The notes: a model not told the origin generated them from the sequence alone. Counted from the stretch's first letter, positions 1 to 8,763 are shown. The stretch: DNA of 37,591 bases from Candidatus Heimdallarchaeota archaeon (GCA_048881705.1 JBHLSH010000034.1:1-37591); one strand, 5' to 3'. Program-made: numbers and translations.

Positions 1-50
1 TAGAGGATGAAAAGGTAAGAAGTGGCATTAAAGTTCGATTATTACAATGA
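1..50 (+). CDS. Possible 3' end of an upstream CDS (…EDEKVRSGIKVRLLQ*), product unknown
   Basis: Frame starting at base 3 is open to TGA at 48-50 and converges on the next gene; too short to identify. Confidence 0.35.
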   Translation, partial: EDEKVRSGIKVRLLQ

Positions 51-140
51 ACTGGACAATTTTCAAATTTTTAAATCTTTTCTTTAGAAAATAATCCCCC
101 AATTTCCCTGGTATCTCCTTATTCCACTCTCAATTCAAAA

Positions 141-881
141 TTATCTGCCGTTATAGAGCCTTTGACAAAGATAATCGTCCAAATCCACTTTTGCTAATGA
201 ATTACATGTGTTTTCGATGGAATAATCCACTCGCTTAAGTTGAGCTTTAATATCGGTGTCTGTTATATCCACAATTGCATAGCTTGCTCTAGGATCTCCA
301 TCTCTAGGCTGACCAACCGATCCAGGGTTTATTACGTATCGTCCGCGAAACTTGTATGAGAATGCGATATGAGTATGACCAAATATTACCATGTCCCATT
401 TTTTTAGCCAGCCTCGCATTCTAGTTTTCTGTTCAGCTATCAGTCCTCCAGGCCCCTGATAAACTATGAAATATTCCCATTTTTCCTCAGGTGTTCCGTG
501 AACTAGTAAAATCTTCTTTGATTCCGCTGTTATCTCCTTTTGGATGGGAAGTGCCCTTAGATACTGCATCTGCTCAGTATCCAGGAGTTCGTTTCTTGTC
601 CATACCAAGGCCTTACGGGCAATATGGTTAAACCACTCAATTTCGTTCTCAAACTCTTCCTGTCCATTAACCCTCACCACCTCATCATGATTTCCTACGA
701 TAACTCCTTTTCCGCAGGTTTCTCGCACCAAACTGATCGACTCTCGTGGGTGCGCATAATACCCAACCAGATCCCCATTACAGCAAAATAGATCAGCTCC
801 ACCGTGATCATCAATATCCCGTAAAACCGTTTTTAGCGCTTCCAAATTGCCGTGAATGTCAGAAATGAAGGCAATTCGCAA
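141..881 (-). CDS. Metallophosphoesterase, YfcE/MJ0936-like (calcineurin-like fold)
   Basis: Motifs ISDIHGN, GDLVGY, GNHD, VHGTP, GHTH and NPGSVGQPRDGDPRASY. TTG start at the conserved MRIAFISD N-terminus. Confidence 0.93.
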   Translation of the reverse strand: MRIAFISDIHGNLEALKTVLRDIDDHGGADLFCCNGDLVGYYAHPRESISLVRETCGKGVIVGNHDEVVRVNGQEEFENEIEWFNHIARKALVWTRNELLDTEQMQYLRALPIQKEITAESKKILLVHGTPEEKWEYFIVYQGPGGLIAEQKTRMRGWLKKWDMVIFGHTHIAFSYKFRGRYVINPGSVGQPRDGDPRASYAIVDITDTDIKAQLKRVDYSIENTCNSLAKVDLDDYLCQRLYNGR

Positions 882-920
882 TGATCTAGCTCCAAGTTTG
901 TCAAGAGATGAAGACCATCA

Positions 921-1322
921 TTATTCCGATCTCCGACGAAGATTTTCCATTAGCTCCTTATTCTGAGTTTCGAGAATTTTGATTCGCTCTTCTTTCGCGT
1001 TAATTTGGGCTGTTTTAGATTTCAGGTCATCCCTCGTAAGTTCTAGCTCGCGCTGTACTGAAACGATCTTGTTTTCGCTAGTATTTAGCTTTTGGTCGAA
1101 TTCAGTTTTCAGGGCGGAAAAATCCGCTTCCAACTTGATAACCTGCTGATTCAATTCTTCATTCTTCCTGCTTAACTCTTCCCCTTCCTTTTTAAGGTTT
1201 ATATTGGCTTGATGGAGCTGATTCAGTCTGTCTGGCATTTTTTCAGCAATTTCCGATGCCCGAGTTAAGTTTTGTTTAACTTTGGTCGTTTGGGTAGCAA
1301 TTTTCTCAAGAGAATTCGACAA
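921..1322 (-). CDS. Coiled-coil protein of unknown function (133 aa)
   Basis: Heptad-rich E/K/Q/L composition along the whole length; AGGTGA RBS 6 nt before the TTG start. Confidence 0.75.
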   Translation of the reverse strand: MSNSLEKIATQTTKVKQNLTRASEIAEKMPDRLNQLHQANINLKKEGEELSRKNEELNQQVIKLEADFSALKTEFDQKLNTSENKIVSVQRELELTRDDLKSKTAQINAKEERIKILETQNKELMENLRRRSE

Positions 1323-1328
1323 GATACT

Positions 1329-1334
1329 TCACCT
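1329..1334 (-). promoter_or_regulatory. Shine-Dalgarno site AGGTGA for the coiled-coil gene
   Basis: tcacct on the + strand, 6 nt upstream of the TTG at 1322. Confidence 0.6.
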
Positions 1335-1703
1335 AACCGAGGTTATATTGAGCTTAGGTTTTTTAAGGATTTTTTTTATAGTTCGAAATCTTGTTTCAAG
1401 ATAGTGCAAGGATCAGTCGAAAACCATTCTTAATTTATCGTTAAGTGAATAATATGCGTTATGGCCTTGCGAGATTATCTAGTTTCTATTTTATGCTAGC
1501 AGGAGAGCCCATTTTCAAAATTAAACTGATTTTAGGAGGGATTTAGGATAGGAATATGCATCTCTAATGTTGAAAGGAACGGTTTTATATGAGAAACTTA
1601 ATACATTTATTCACCACGCGTCGGACTCAAATCGCATTCTCTCTTTCCTTTGCGGATCACATAAGAAGTAATAAAACCAATTAACTTTAAACGTAAATTC
1701 GAG

Positions 1704-1711
1704 TTTTTATG
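1704..1711 (+). promoter_or_regulatory. Candidate TATA box for a leaderless RHH gene (alternative: ttttatat at 1583-1590)
   Basis: TTTTTATG about 25 nt upstream of ATG 1735; ambiguous. Confidence 0.3.
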
Positions 1712-1734
1712 TATCTCATTTAAGTGTTGATAAC

Positions 1735-1902
1735 ATGAAACTAATCAGTTTTAAAGCACCGAATACATATCTGGAAGGACTCGATGAGTTAGTGCGGAAT
1801 GGAGTCTATAGTTCTCGATCTGAAGCCATTCGGACTGCAATCCGAGATTTGTTAAGGCGTGAACTGGAATGGGGAACCACATCCCCTCCGACATCAAGAT
1901 AA
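1735..1902 (+). CDS. Ribbon-helix-helix (CopG/MetJ/Arc) regulator, CdrS-like, 55 aa; absent from the ORF track
   Basis: Manual translation MKLISFKAPNTYLEGLDELVRNGVYSSRSEAIRTAIRDLLRRELEWGTTSPPTSR* fits the archaeal RHH pattern (beta-strand, LDELV, G-x-Y-x-SRSEAIR-x-AIRDLL). Confidence 0.88.
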   Translation: MKLISFKAPNTYLEGLDELVRNGVYSSRSEAIRTAIRDLLRRELEWGTTSPPTSR

Positions 1903-2021
1903 ACCCGAATGAAATTTGTAATCGCAGTTACGAAGGAGATATTCCTGATAGCACTCTCCTCCGCTCTTTCGAACTTCAATTTAAAGTTTTTCATTTGTCT
2001 ACTATGTTCTGGTGACAAAAA

Positions 2022-3266
2022 ATGACCCAGGAAGTAACGGAAGATCGACCCCCTCAAATAGTAAAAAAGCGAACCCTTTCTGACAATATAAGAGCCTTCA
2101 AATATATTCTTACAACCGTGCGAGCCAATACTAAATTCTTAATTCGAATTGCGCTTCGAGAACTCAAATATTTTATTCCGTTGCGCGATTTGATTATTTT
2201 GTATATCTGGGTCCTTATGGGGATGATAGTTTTTGTTGTTTTTCTTGTATTGATTCTACCCTTTGTACTGAGTCTAATTCCAGGTGATCCATTTTTCGCC
2301 GTAGGACTCCAATCTACTTTGATCAGTGTTATTTTCACGGCGCCCATGTTAGGATGGGCTTCTGGAATTATCGGTGTAACTACAATTGTAGCAAGATTAA
2401 TGATTAAGTCGCCTATCTCGAAATATACCGATAAAAATAGCACGAAAAAAGATGTAACGTATGTCTTTGGAACTTCAAGACCTGCAGAACGATTTTTATT
2501 CGAAATGGTATACCAGTATGCCTATGAAGAAAAAGTATCATTAATTGCTGACGCGGACCTTCTCTGGGTTCGTACTCTGAAGGGTCGAATCGATACATAC
2601 GTAGTGGAAGATTTCAAAGAATTTGAGAAAGAAAATCTGTATGAAATCATTGGATTTCAGAATGCAATTCGCATCATGGTTTTAACAGAAAGCATAGAGC
2701 TGAATCAAAATATTCTGACCAATATCCGCAAAATTCGCCCTAATATCGACATTATCCTCCTCTCTCAACATACGCCAGCATGGGTGTTTAGTGAACTTGT
2801 TCAAGATCCCCACCTTTCAATCTTGGAAGATTTGGAGGTAACTGTTGAAGCTTTAGTTACATCACTGTCTTTAGATTTCGATTATCCCTCAACAGTTGAA
2901 ATTGATGTTCCACGAACTTATATTGGGTCGACCGGAGACGATTTTAGCGCGGATATACCGAGATTGACGATTCTCCTGATTCGTAGAGGTGATATACTCC
3001 TACCTCCTCATGAACGACTTCAACAGGGAGATAGGGTTGTGATTCATTATATCGCAGATCCTTTAGGTAATTACAACATGATGCTCGCAAACCGGGTCGT
3101 CACAGAACTACCATCACAGTCAAAACAACCCAAAAAGAAGAACACCAAAGACAAAACTAAAGCCCAGGATCATCGGTCGAATAACAAACCGACTGCAACC
3201 ATTCCTCCTCAAGATGAGGAAACGAAACAGTTTAAGTTAACTTCTTCTGGAGAAGAGAACACTTAG
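2022..3266 (+). CDS. Membrane protein with 2-3 N-terminal TM helices, degenerate RCK-N (TrkA-N-like) and RCK-C (TrkA-C-like) domains
   Basis: Hydrophobic N-terminal segments; Rossmann-like YVFGTSRPAERFL; TrkA-C-like EIDVPRTYIG…ILLIRRGDILLPPHERLQQGDRVVI; low-complexity K/T/D tail. Confidence 0.7.
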   Translation: MTQEVTEDRPPQIVKKRTLSDNIRAFKYILTTVRANTKFLIRIALRELKYFIPLRDLIILYIWVLMGMIVFVVFLVLILPFVLSLIPGDPFFAVGLQSTLISVIFTAPMLGWASGIIGVTTIVARLMIKSPISKYTDKNSTKKDVTYVFGTSRPAERFLFEMVYQYAYEEKVSLIADADLLWVRTLKGRIDTYVVEDFKEFEKENLYEIIGFQNAIRIMVLTESIELNQNILTNIRKIRPNIDIILLSQHTPAWVFSELVQDPHLSILEDLEVTVEALVTSLSLDFDYPSTVEIDVPRTYIGSTGDDFSADIPRLTILLIRRGDILLPPHERLQQGDRVVIHYIADPLGNYNMMLANRVVTELPSQSKQPKKKNTKDKTKAQDHRSNNKPTATIPPQDEETKQFKLTSSGEENT

Positions 3267-3275
3267 GTGCCTGAA

Positions 3276-3989
3276 ATGAGCTTCCTTTTTAAAAAGCGAC
3301 AAATCAGAAAATTTGCCGAGAAGGCCGTAGAAAGGCAGAACAGTATTTTTGTATTTGGTAGTAACATTTTTGCTGAAGCATTTTTGGAAAGACTTATAGA
3401 AATTGGTGCGCAGTCAAAAGTAGCACTAATCGCGGACCGGAAGTTTGACTGGATAGAAGAGATCCGAGAACAGGATGTACTCGTCCTAGTGGAAGAAAGA
3501 AAGGATGAGTATGGTAAGCGTAATCTTTATGAAAATATCGGCTTCCAACATGCAGAAAAAGTCATTATCTTACACGAGGATCCAGTAATAATTCAAAATA
3601 TCATGTCATTCATCGCAAATACCGAATTAAAAGTAATTCTCTTAGCCCAATTTGCTCCACCCTTTGTACATTATTTGGGAGGACAGAAGTCGGAACAGAT
3701 AATCATTGTTGATAATTTGTTTCAAATCGTAAGAGAACTATATAACCAAATGGATCTACAATTAAGTAAACCTCCCGTAGTTTCGATTCCAATACCAAAG
3801 AGCCGTATAAATAGATCTCTTGAAGATTTGAAGATTCCTTCTGTTAGGGTACTTAGTATATACCGTGAAGAAGATGAACGCAAAATCCTTCCACTTACTG
3901 AACTTGCTCGATCGACCGATAGGTTGATGCTTTACTTGGAAAAACCAGACTCGCTCTCCACGTTGGTAGACTTTCTCGACAAGCTCTGA
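3276..3989 (+). CDS. Soluble RCK-like paralog of the preceding gene (no TM region)
   Basis: FVFGSNIFAEAFLERL and LYENIGFQHAEKVIIL mirror YVFGTSRPAERFL and LYEIIGFQNAIRIMVL upstream. ATG 3276 follows AGGTG at 3265-3269; the track uses GTG 3267. Confidence 0.7.
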   Translation: MSFLFKKRQIRKFAEKAVERQNSIFVFGSNIFAEAFLERLIEIGAQSKVALIADRKFDWIEEIREQDVLVLVEERKDEYGKRNLYENIGFQHAEKVIILHEDPVIIQNIMSFIANTELKVILLAQFAPPFVHYLGGQKSEQIIIVDNLFQIVRELYNQMDLQLSKPPVVSIPIPKSRINRSLEDLKIPSVRVLSIYREEDERKILPLTELARSTDRLMLYLEKPDSLSTLVDFLDKL

Positions 3990-4002
3990 GTTTCATAAAG
4001 CC

Positions 4003-4641
4003 TTAAAGGGTAACCTCGTAGCAAATCAATTCTTCATCCACGGCTGTTCGGCTGGCTATTCTTTTTAATTGAAACTGATTCTCAAATAGGGTCTCTATCT
4101 CCTCATTTTTGTTTAGATTTGAGGTAAGAAAGAAAGCCCGTTCAAAGGTAAATGGAGATAAACCAGCGAGAAATTGTTGGATAACAGTGATCCCTCCTGG
4201 GCCGGCTGCCCAACTCCGAATTAATGGATCTTTCCTCTGAAATTCTGTAAGCGAGGTCAGCAAGTATGGTGGATTGAAAAATATGATATCTGGACTGAAT
4301 TTCTCAAAAACGAAAGGATCCAAGATATTGGTACAGATAATCTCAAAATTCTTACGGGGAAGAAAACGCTTCAGATTTTCCTGTGCGAACTGAGCCGCTT
4401 CAAAAACGATATCAACACCTATGATCCGTGTATTGGGGAACTGTTGGGCTAGATTCAATGATATATAACCCGTTCCAATACCCAGCTCACATAAAACCAC
4501 TTCCTTTCTCTTTTTGTATTCGGGATATGTGAGAACTTCTGTTAATACATCTAATAAGAACCAGGAGTCTTCTTGAGGAGGATAAACCTTGCTGCTAGTT
4601 TTAATGGTGAAATGCACATCCAGAGATAATTTAAATCTCAA
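4003..4641 (-). CDS. hemK: HemK2/N6AMT1-like SAM-dependent methyltransferase (release-factor glutamine methyltransferase type)
   Basis: VYPPQEDSWFL, ELGIGTGYI (motif I), FNPPY (motif IV) and WAAGPGG are typical of archaeal HemK2. Confidence 0.88.
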   Translation of the reverse strand: MRFKLSLDVHFTIKTSSKVYPPQEDSWFLLDVLTEVLTYPEYKKRKEVVLCELGIGTGYISLNLAQQFPNTRIIGVDIVFEAAQFAQENLKRFLPRKNFEIICTNILDPFVFEKFSPDIIFFNPPYLLTSLTEFQRKDPLIRSWAAGPGGITVIQQFLAGLSPFTFERAFFLTSNLNKNEEIETLFENQFQLKRIASRTAVDEELICYEVTL

Positions 4642-4670
4642 CCCGTTCTGAAAAGCAACAATAAATTGAA

Positions 4671-7580
4671 TTAGCCCGAAGTTAGGCTTCTTTCAACCTG
4701 GATCAGAGTTTCCTCAACACCTTTCTTTACACGATCGGAATAAATCGCTGCGGAATAACGAATGATATTCATATAAAACTTATTTTCTTCTAAAAGAGAA
4801 TGCCAATTTACTAGTAGCATGGCTTTGTTTAGAGTAATCTCTTTTCCATGATGGTGTCTTTCCCAAACCAGATCCGAATAATTACATCCGAAATTAGGTA
4901 TTGCTGCGAGAATACGATGAATACTATGGTCTGCTTCATGCTGAGATTCAATTCCGACTCGTTCACCCAATAAATTAGTAAGAGATTTCATGGCCCGCTC
5001 CGAAACAACTCCCAAATCGATTGCGGGGACTAAAATCTTGTTTCCACGTTCAAAAAACGTTATAGCAGGATCTGAACTAAAATATTCCTTTCTGATCGCG
5101 GCGCCAATATCCTGTAGTAATTGTGTTAAGATTTCATTGGTTTGTTGACCTATGACTTCTGCGTACGACTGGAAGATATCATTATGGATTTCAAGATTAA
5201 GATTCGAAGTAGCTTCTTTTAAGAAAGGGAATGCCTCTTTATTCACTAGGGCATTTGTTAACGCAATCTGAAGCGACCGAGGAAGGGAACGGCTATTGGC
5301 AAAAAATTCGTATGCTCCCAAGTTATCAAACGTAATAATAGACTCTTTCTTCATACGTTTTTCGATAGTAGACTCTATATTCGCTACAATTGAAGAGTGA
5401 GACTTGAAGATGTCCATATTACCACGGGAAAAAGACTTCCGATCGAATCGGAGATACGCTGCGGGCTGCCCTGCTTGAGAATAGGCTTTCTGCAGACTTT
5501 TTCTAAGGCCCTGAACACGTTTATCTGCAGAAGAAGCCAGAGAAGAATATCTCTTGTCAATATTTCCCCGCTGTTTTTGGATTATCTTCTGGAGCCCGTC
5601 ACGTGCTTGATTTATAAAGCCAAAATCTGATATTTCATCTTGAAATTTTTTCTCTGAAATTTTCTCTGCCAAAAATTCCTTTGCCGTTGAAGCCGCTTTA
5701 TCCAATGAAGATTCCATTTTTTGGATGACCTTGTGGTAATCAGCCTTGATATCCTGAAAGACAGATTCGATTGATGATGCGACAGGATTGTTTTTGTCAA
5801 AAAGAACATTTACTTCCTCTATTTCGGTGCTAGAGTAACCGTTAGAAATAACCTTTGGAGATTTTCCCAAAAACCTTTCAATACCTTTTGCGCGTTTTTC
5901 AAACCCTTTTCCTAGCTCTTCCAAGCGTTTTTCGATGAGGTCTTTTTCCTCGTCGATATACTCAACACTCGCCTTACCAATAGCTGAAACAAGTGTATCG
6001 ACATCCAAATTCGTCAGGTCAAAATTTCCGTCAAAATTTTTTATATCGGGATAGGCCAAGGTAAAGTCAAACTTAGATCGTTCCGCTTCCAATAACGTGT
6101 ACGCAGAGACCAAAAATCCTAGTTTAAGTAGATCATAGAGGAAATTGTCGTAGTTCTTTAGGGTTCGAACCATGTAATTGTCCGTGGTGTTTCGTCCCAA
6201 AGTAGTTTCAGCTATTAGGGCGTTTACTGCAAAACCCAATCCTGCGAATAAACCCCGATAAAATGGAAGAACGTCGCTAGCCTTCTTAACAGTGAAGGAA
6301 ATGGGCGCTGCCTTAGTGAGCTTGTACCGTGTAACCTGTTTAGTTACCTCAGCATAATGAGACTCTGGAATCTCGTCTTTAATCAGGGGTAGCACACTTT
6401 CTAATTCAACTCTTGTTTCCATGGAGATTAATTTGAAGATAAATTGAACATATTTCCAGGCCGAGGAAGTTAAACCTGTTGTAAACTGCTCACCAAAATA
6501 CCTTATGTAGGGTATTACCATTTCCTGTTCTTTTTCCCCCGTGTTGTTAAAAAGAAGGTTCACAATACGTGTCAGAGTTCCTCCCAGATCAAACTCCTCA
6601 CTAATTCTGTTGTTCAGATCTTCAATAAGCGAGGCAAAATTCGCAATACTCGGATCCGCGAGGTAAAGAAGGGGAAATTCTCGTAAGAACTTCGATAAAA
6701 CCTCCTCTTCCAATCTTGCTGCCAAGTTTGCCTTAGAAACTTCTTGCAAACTGAATTCTTCAAGGATATCCCGCAATTCATTTTTTTCAAACTCTTGAAG
6801 AGTCTCTTCCAAGCCCGCTTGTACGTTCAGCTGTTCGATTGTTTCATGAACATACTTGGAGAGTTCCTTTCGAATTTTTTTAGTGCTGATTTTGGGATAC
6901 TGAACCAAAGCATGTGGCCGCTCGCTAGTAAGAAGCTCAAGTAGGTCGGTCGTGAAATCTTCAGTTAAAGATGATTGTTTGCTTCTGATTTCGTCTTTAA
7001 GAGCATGATAAGTTCCCTTAAGCTCTGAAATGCTTACCAAAGTTGTACTATACTCATAATCGTTGATCGATTTATTCAACATCTCTTGTACTGCGTTTTT
7101 AAAAGGTTCTTCACTTGTTGGAATAGAGACCTGTTTGCGTGCTTCATTTATTACCTTGAAGAATGTTTCCAGAATTTCATCTACCCCTAGGGTAACGTAG
7201 AAATCCTGGGTTTTTTTGAATTCCTCTGTCTTCAGCGTTTCTCGTGCAAAGCGACTCACTAATTCTTCGTAATACTGAACCAGTTCGGGTGCCACTGTTT
7301 GACGAGATTCAGAAATTAGTAAGAATTGCCCAACCAATTCCAAATTCTCACTCTTGACCAAAAATCGGCCTGTTTTATTGTAATGACTTCCTCCTACAAA
7401 TCTTCCAGTATCACCCCCGACCTCCCCTCCAATCATGGCTTGAACCGCAGTAAGTCCGCCTGTATATACCTGTTCGTCCAGATCGGAGCGAAGGCCTGGT
7501 TGTCCCAAGCTAATAAGGGACATTCCCGATGCGGTTGCGAGCGATACCCAAACCACTGGATTATAATCATATTCAGGCAT
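4671..7580 (-). CDS. Large unknown protein (969 aa): N-terminal longin/roadblock-like domain followed by long helical regions
   Basis: Long uninterrupted ORF. N-terminus VWVSLATASGMSLIS…DEQVYTGGLTAVQAMIGGEV follows the beta-beta-alpha start of longin-like domains; the rest is E/K/L-rich and helical. Confidence 0.6.
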   Translation of the reverse strand: MPEYDYNPVVWVSLATASGMSLISLGQPGLRSDLDEQVYTGGLTAVQAMIGGEVGGDTGRFVGGSHYNKTGRFLVKSENLELVGQFLLISESRQTVAPELVQYYEELVSRFARETLKTEEFKKTQDFYVTLGVDEILETFFKVINEARKQVSIPTSEEPFKNAVQEMLNKSINDYEYSTTLVSISELKGTYHALKDEIRSKQSSLTEDFTTDLLELLTSERPHALVQYPKISTKKIRKELSKYVHETIEQLNVQAGLEETLQEFEKNELRDILEEFSLQEVSKANLAARLEEEVLSKFLREFPLLYLADPSIANFASLIEDLNNRISEEFDLGGTLTRIVNLLFNNTGEKEQEMVIPYIRYFGEQFTTGLTSSAWKYVQFIFKLISMETRVELESVLPLIKDEIPESHYAEVTKQVTRYKLTKAAPISFTVKKASDVLPFYRGLFAGLGFAVNALIAETTLGRNTTDNYMVRTLKNYDNFLYDLLKLGFLVSAYTLLEAERSKFDFTLAYPDIKNFDGNFDLTNLDVDTLVSAIGKASVEYIDEEKDLIEKRLEELGKGFEKRAKGIERFLGKSPKVISNGYSSTEIEEVNVLFDKNNPVASSIESVFQDIKADYHKVIQKMESSLDKAASTAKEFLAEKISEKKFQDEISDFGFINQARDGLQKIIQKQRGNIDKRYSSLASSADKRVQGLRKSLQKAYSQAGQPAAYLRFDRKSFSRGNMDIFKSHSSIVANIESTIEKRMKKESIITFDNLGAYEFFANSRSLPRSLQIALTNALVNKEAFPFLKEATSNLNLEIHNDIFQSYAEVIGQQTNEILTQLLQDIGAAIRKEYFSSDPAITFFERGNKILVPAIDLGVVSERAMKSLTNLLGERVGIESQHEADHSIHRILAAIPNFGCNYSDLVWERHHHGKEITLNKAMLLVNWHSLLEENKFYMNIIRYSAAIYSDRVKKGVEETLIQVERSLTSG

Positions 7581-7772
7581 TCTTAGAACCCTTTACACGT
7601 TTTTACGCCTATAGAAATATTTTTTTGGAGATAAGATACCAGACATCTTGATCCTTCATTAATGGTCAGGATATCAGGAACGTAAACTTATCGGATTCTA
7701 TATGTTTTTAGTCCTTCCCTATCTGGTCCTCCTTCGCGAAAGTGTAAACAATAGCTTAAATACTACTCTTAG

Positions 7773-7793
7773 CACACCTCCCATGTAGGTGTG
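7773..7793. repeat. Inverted repeat CACACCT-N7-AGGTGTG overlapping the start of the 139-aa gene
   Basis: Perfect 7-bp arms read directly; covers the GTG at 7789-7791. Confidence 0.55.
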
Positions 7794-8208
7794 GAAGATT
7801 TTCAGGAAAAATCTGCGAGACATGCTCAACCAGATGGGCATGCCCGACGTTGACGATGAGATCTTAGACTCATTACAGCGCCAGTTGTTCAGTTTCCTCG
7901 AGTTCGAGAACAGCCTTATTGCTGGGGGAATTACTTTTAAAACGGGATGCATGCTTTCCACCCTTCAAGTTCAAAATTATCAGGAAATTCGGGATCAATT
8001 ACACCAAAATTATCAGGGTGGACTCCCTTCGGAAAAAATGAACCTTCGACTTATCATGACAAGCTTATGTCTGTACTTAAAGGAAGATCACTGCTGTCAG
8101 GTGACGGGGGAAAATTGTGAATTCCAAAACGGCACGAGATGGCATGAATGCGAAATCGTGCAGGCATCATGTGAAGAATTAACCACTGATAAATTTTCGT
8201 GGAAGTAA
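7789..8208 (+). CDS. Hypothetical protein with Cys-rich C-terminus (139 aa)
   Basis: Only long ORF filling the gap; C-terminal SLC…HCC…NC…WHEC…SC cluster. Start uncertain (GTG 7789 or ATG 7822). Confidence 0.6.
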   Translation: MWKIFRKNLRDMLNQMGMPDVDDEILDSLQRQLFSFLEFENSLIAGGITFKTGCMLSTLQVQNYQEIRDQLHQNYQGGLPSEKMNLRLIMTSLCLYLKEDHCCQVTGENCEFQNGTRWHECEIVQASCEELTTDKFSWK

Positions 8209-8220
8209 TTTAACGTTAAC

Positions 8221-8763
8221 CTACTCATTCCGGTTTATTGGAATTCCGCAGGCTTTGACTATCATATTCAACAAAAGAGAGGCCCCCAATCCATGTTTGG
8301 CGGACATAGGGAGAATACGTAGATTTCGAGCCCGAGCCCAATTTTCCATCCGCTTTGGAACCTCTTTTTTTGTTTCCTCTGCTTTATTCCCGACTATTAG
8401 GATTGGGACACTTTCAGCCAGTTCCCTTACCTTTTCATATAATTCCATTACTTCTTCCTGGGATTTTTTGTTCTGGTGATCGAATACTAATACCATGCAT
8501 CCTGTATTCTTTACGAGTGATGGTAATAGATCATGGTAAATCTCATTCCCAGAAACATCCCAAAACTGCAGATAGTAATGGTTCTCATTGATATGGGCCT
8601 CTAGATTGTGGATCCTAACCCCAATTGTCGGAAGGTATTTGTCACTTGGAGGAAGGTTTAGAAGACGGCGAAGGAGCGAGGTTTTTCCAACTTTTCGGCT
8701 CCCCCAAAGTACTACTTTCGCATAGGAGGATAAGAGTTCACTTGATACCAAGAATCCTGTCAC
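8221..8763 (-). CDS. Rab-like small GTPase (Ras superfamily) with non-canonical G3/G4
   Basis: G1 GSRKVGKTS, G2 YLPTIG, G3 FWDVSGN, G4 GNKAE, G5 SAK; no C-terminal CaaX/CC motif. Confidence 0.9.
   Translation of the reverse strand: MTGFLVSSELLSSYAKVVLWGSRKVGKTSLLRRLLNLPPSDKYLPTIGVRIHNLEAHINENHYYLQFWDVSGNEIYHDLLPSLVKNTGCMVLVFDHQNKKSQEEVMELYEKVRELAESVPILIVGNKAEETKKEVPKRMENWARARNLRILPMSAKHGLGASLLLNMIVKACGIPINRNE

Noticed and set aside
141-881. Metallophosphoesterase as the Mre11/SbcD partner of the SMC-like protein
   Set aside because: It is 10 kb away, only 246 aa, has YfcE-type motifs and lacks the Mre11 capping and Rad50-binding regions.
1806-2598. Track ORFs 1806-2057, 2054-2443 and 2413-2598 (minus strand)
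   Set aside because: Antisense shadows of the RHH and RCK genes with no motifs.
2022-3266. Calling the RCK membrane protein a potassium channel
   Set aside because: No TVGYG/GYG selectivity filter or pore helix is present.
5397-7961. Track ORFs 5397-5630, 5612-5809, 6744-6944, 7326-7586 and 7719-7961
   Set aside because: They overlap longer, better-supported genes in other frames or strands and have no recognisable features.
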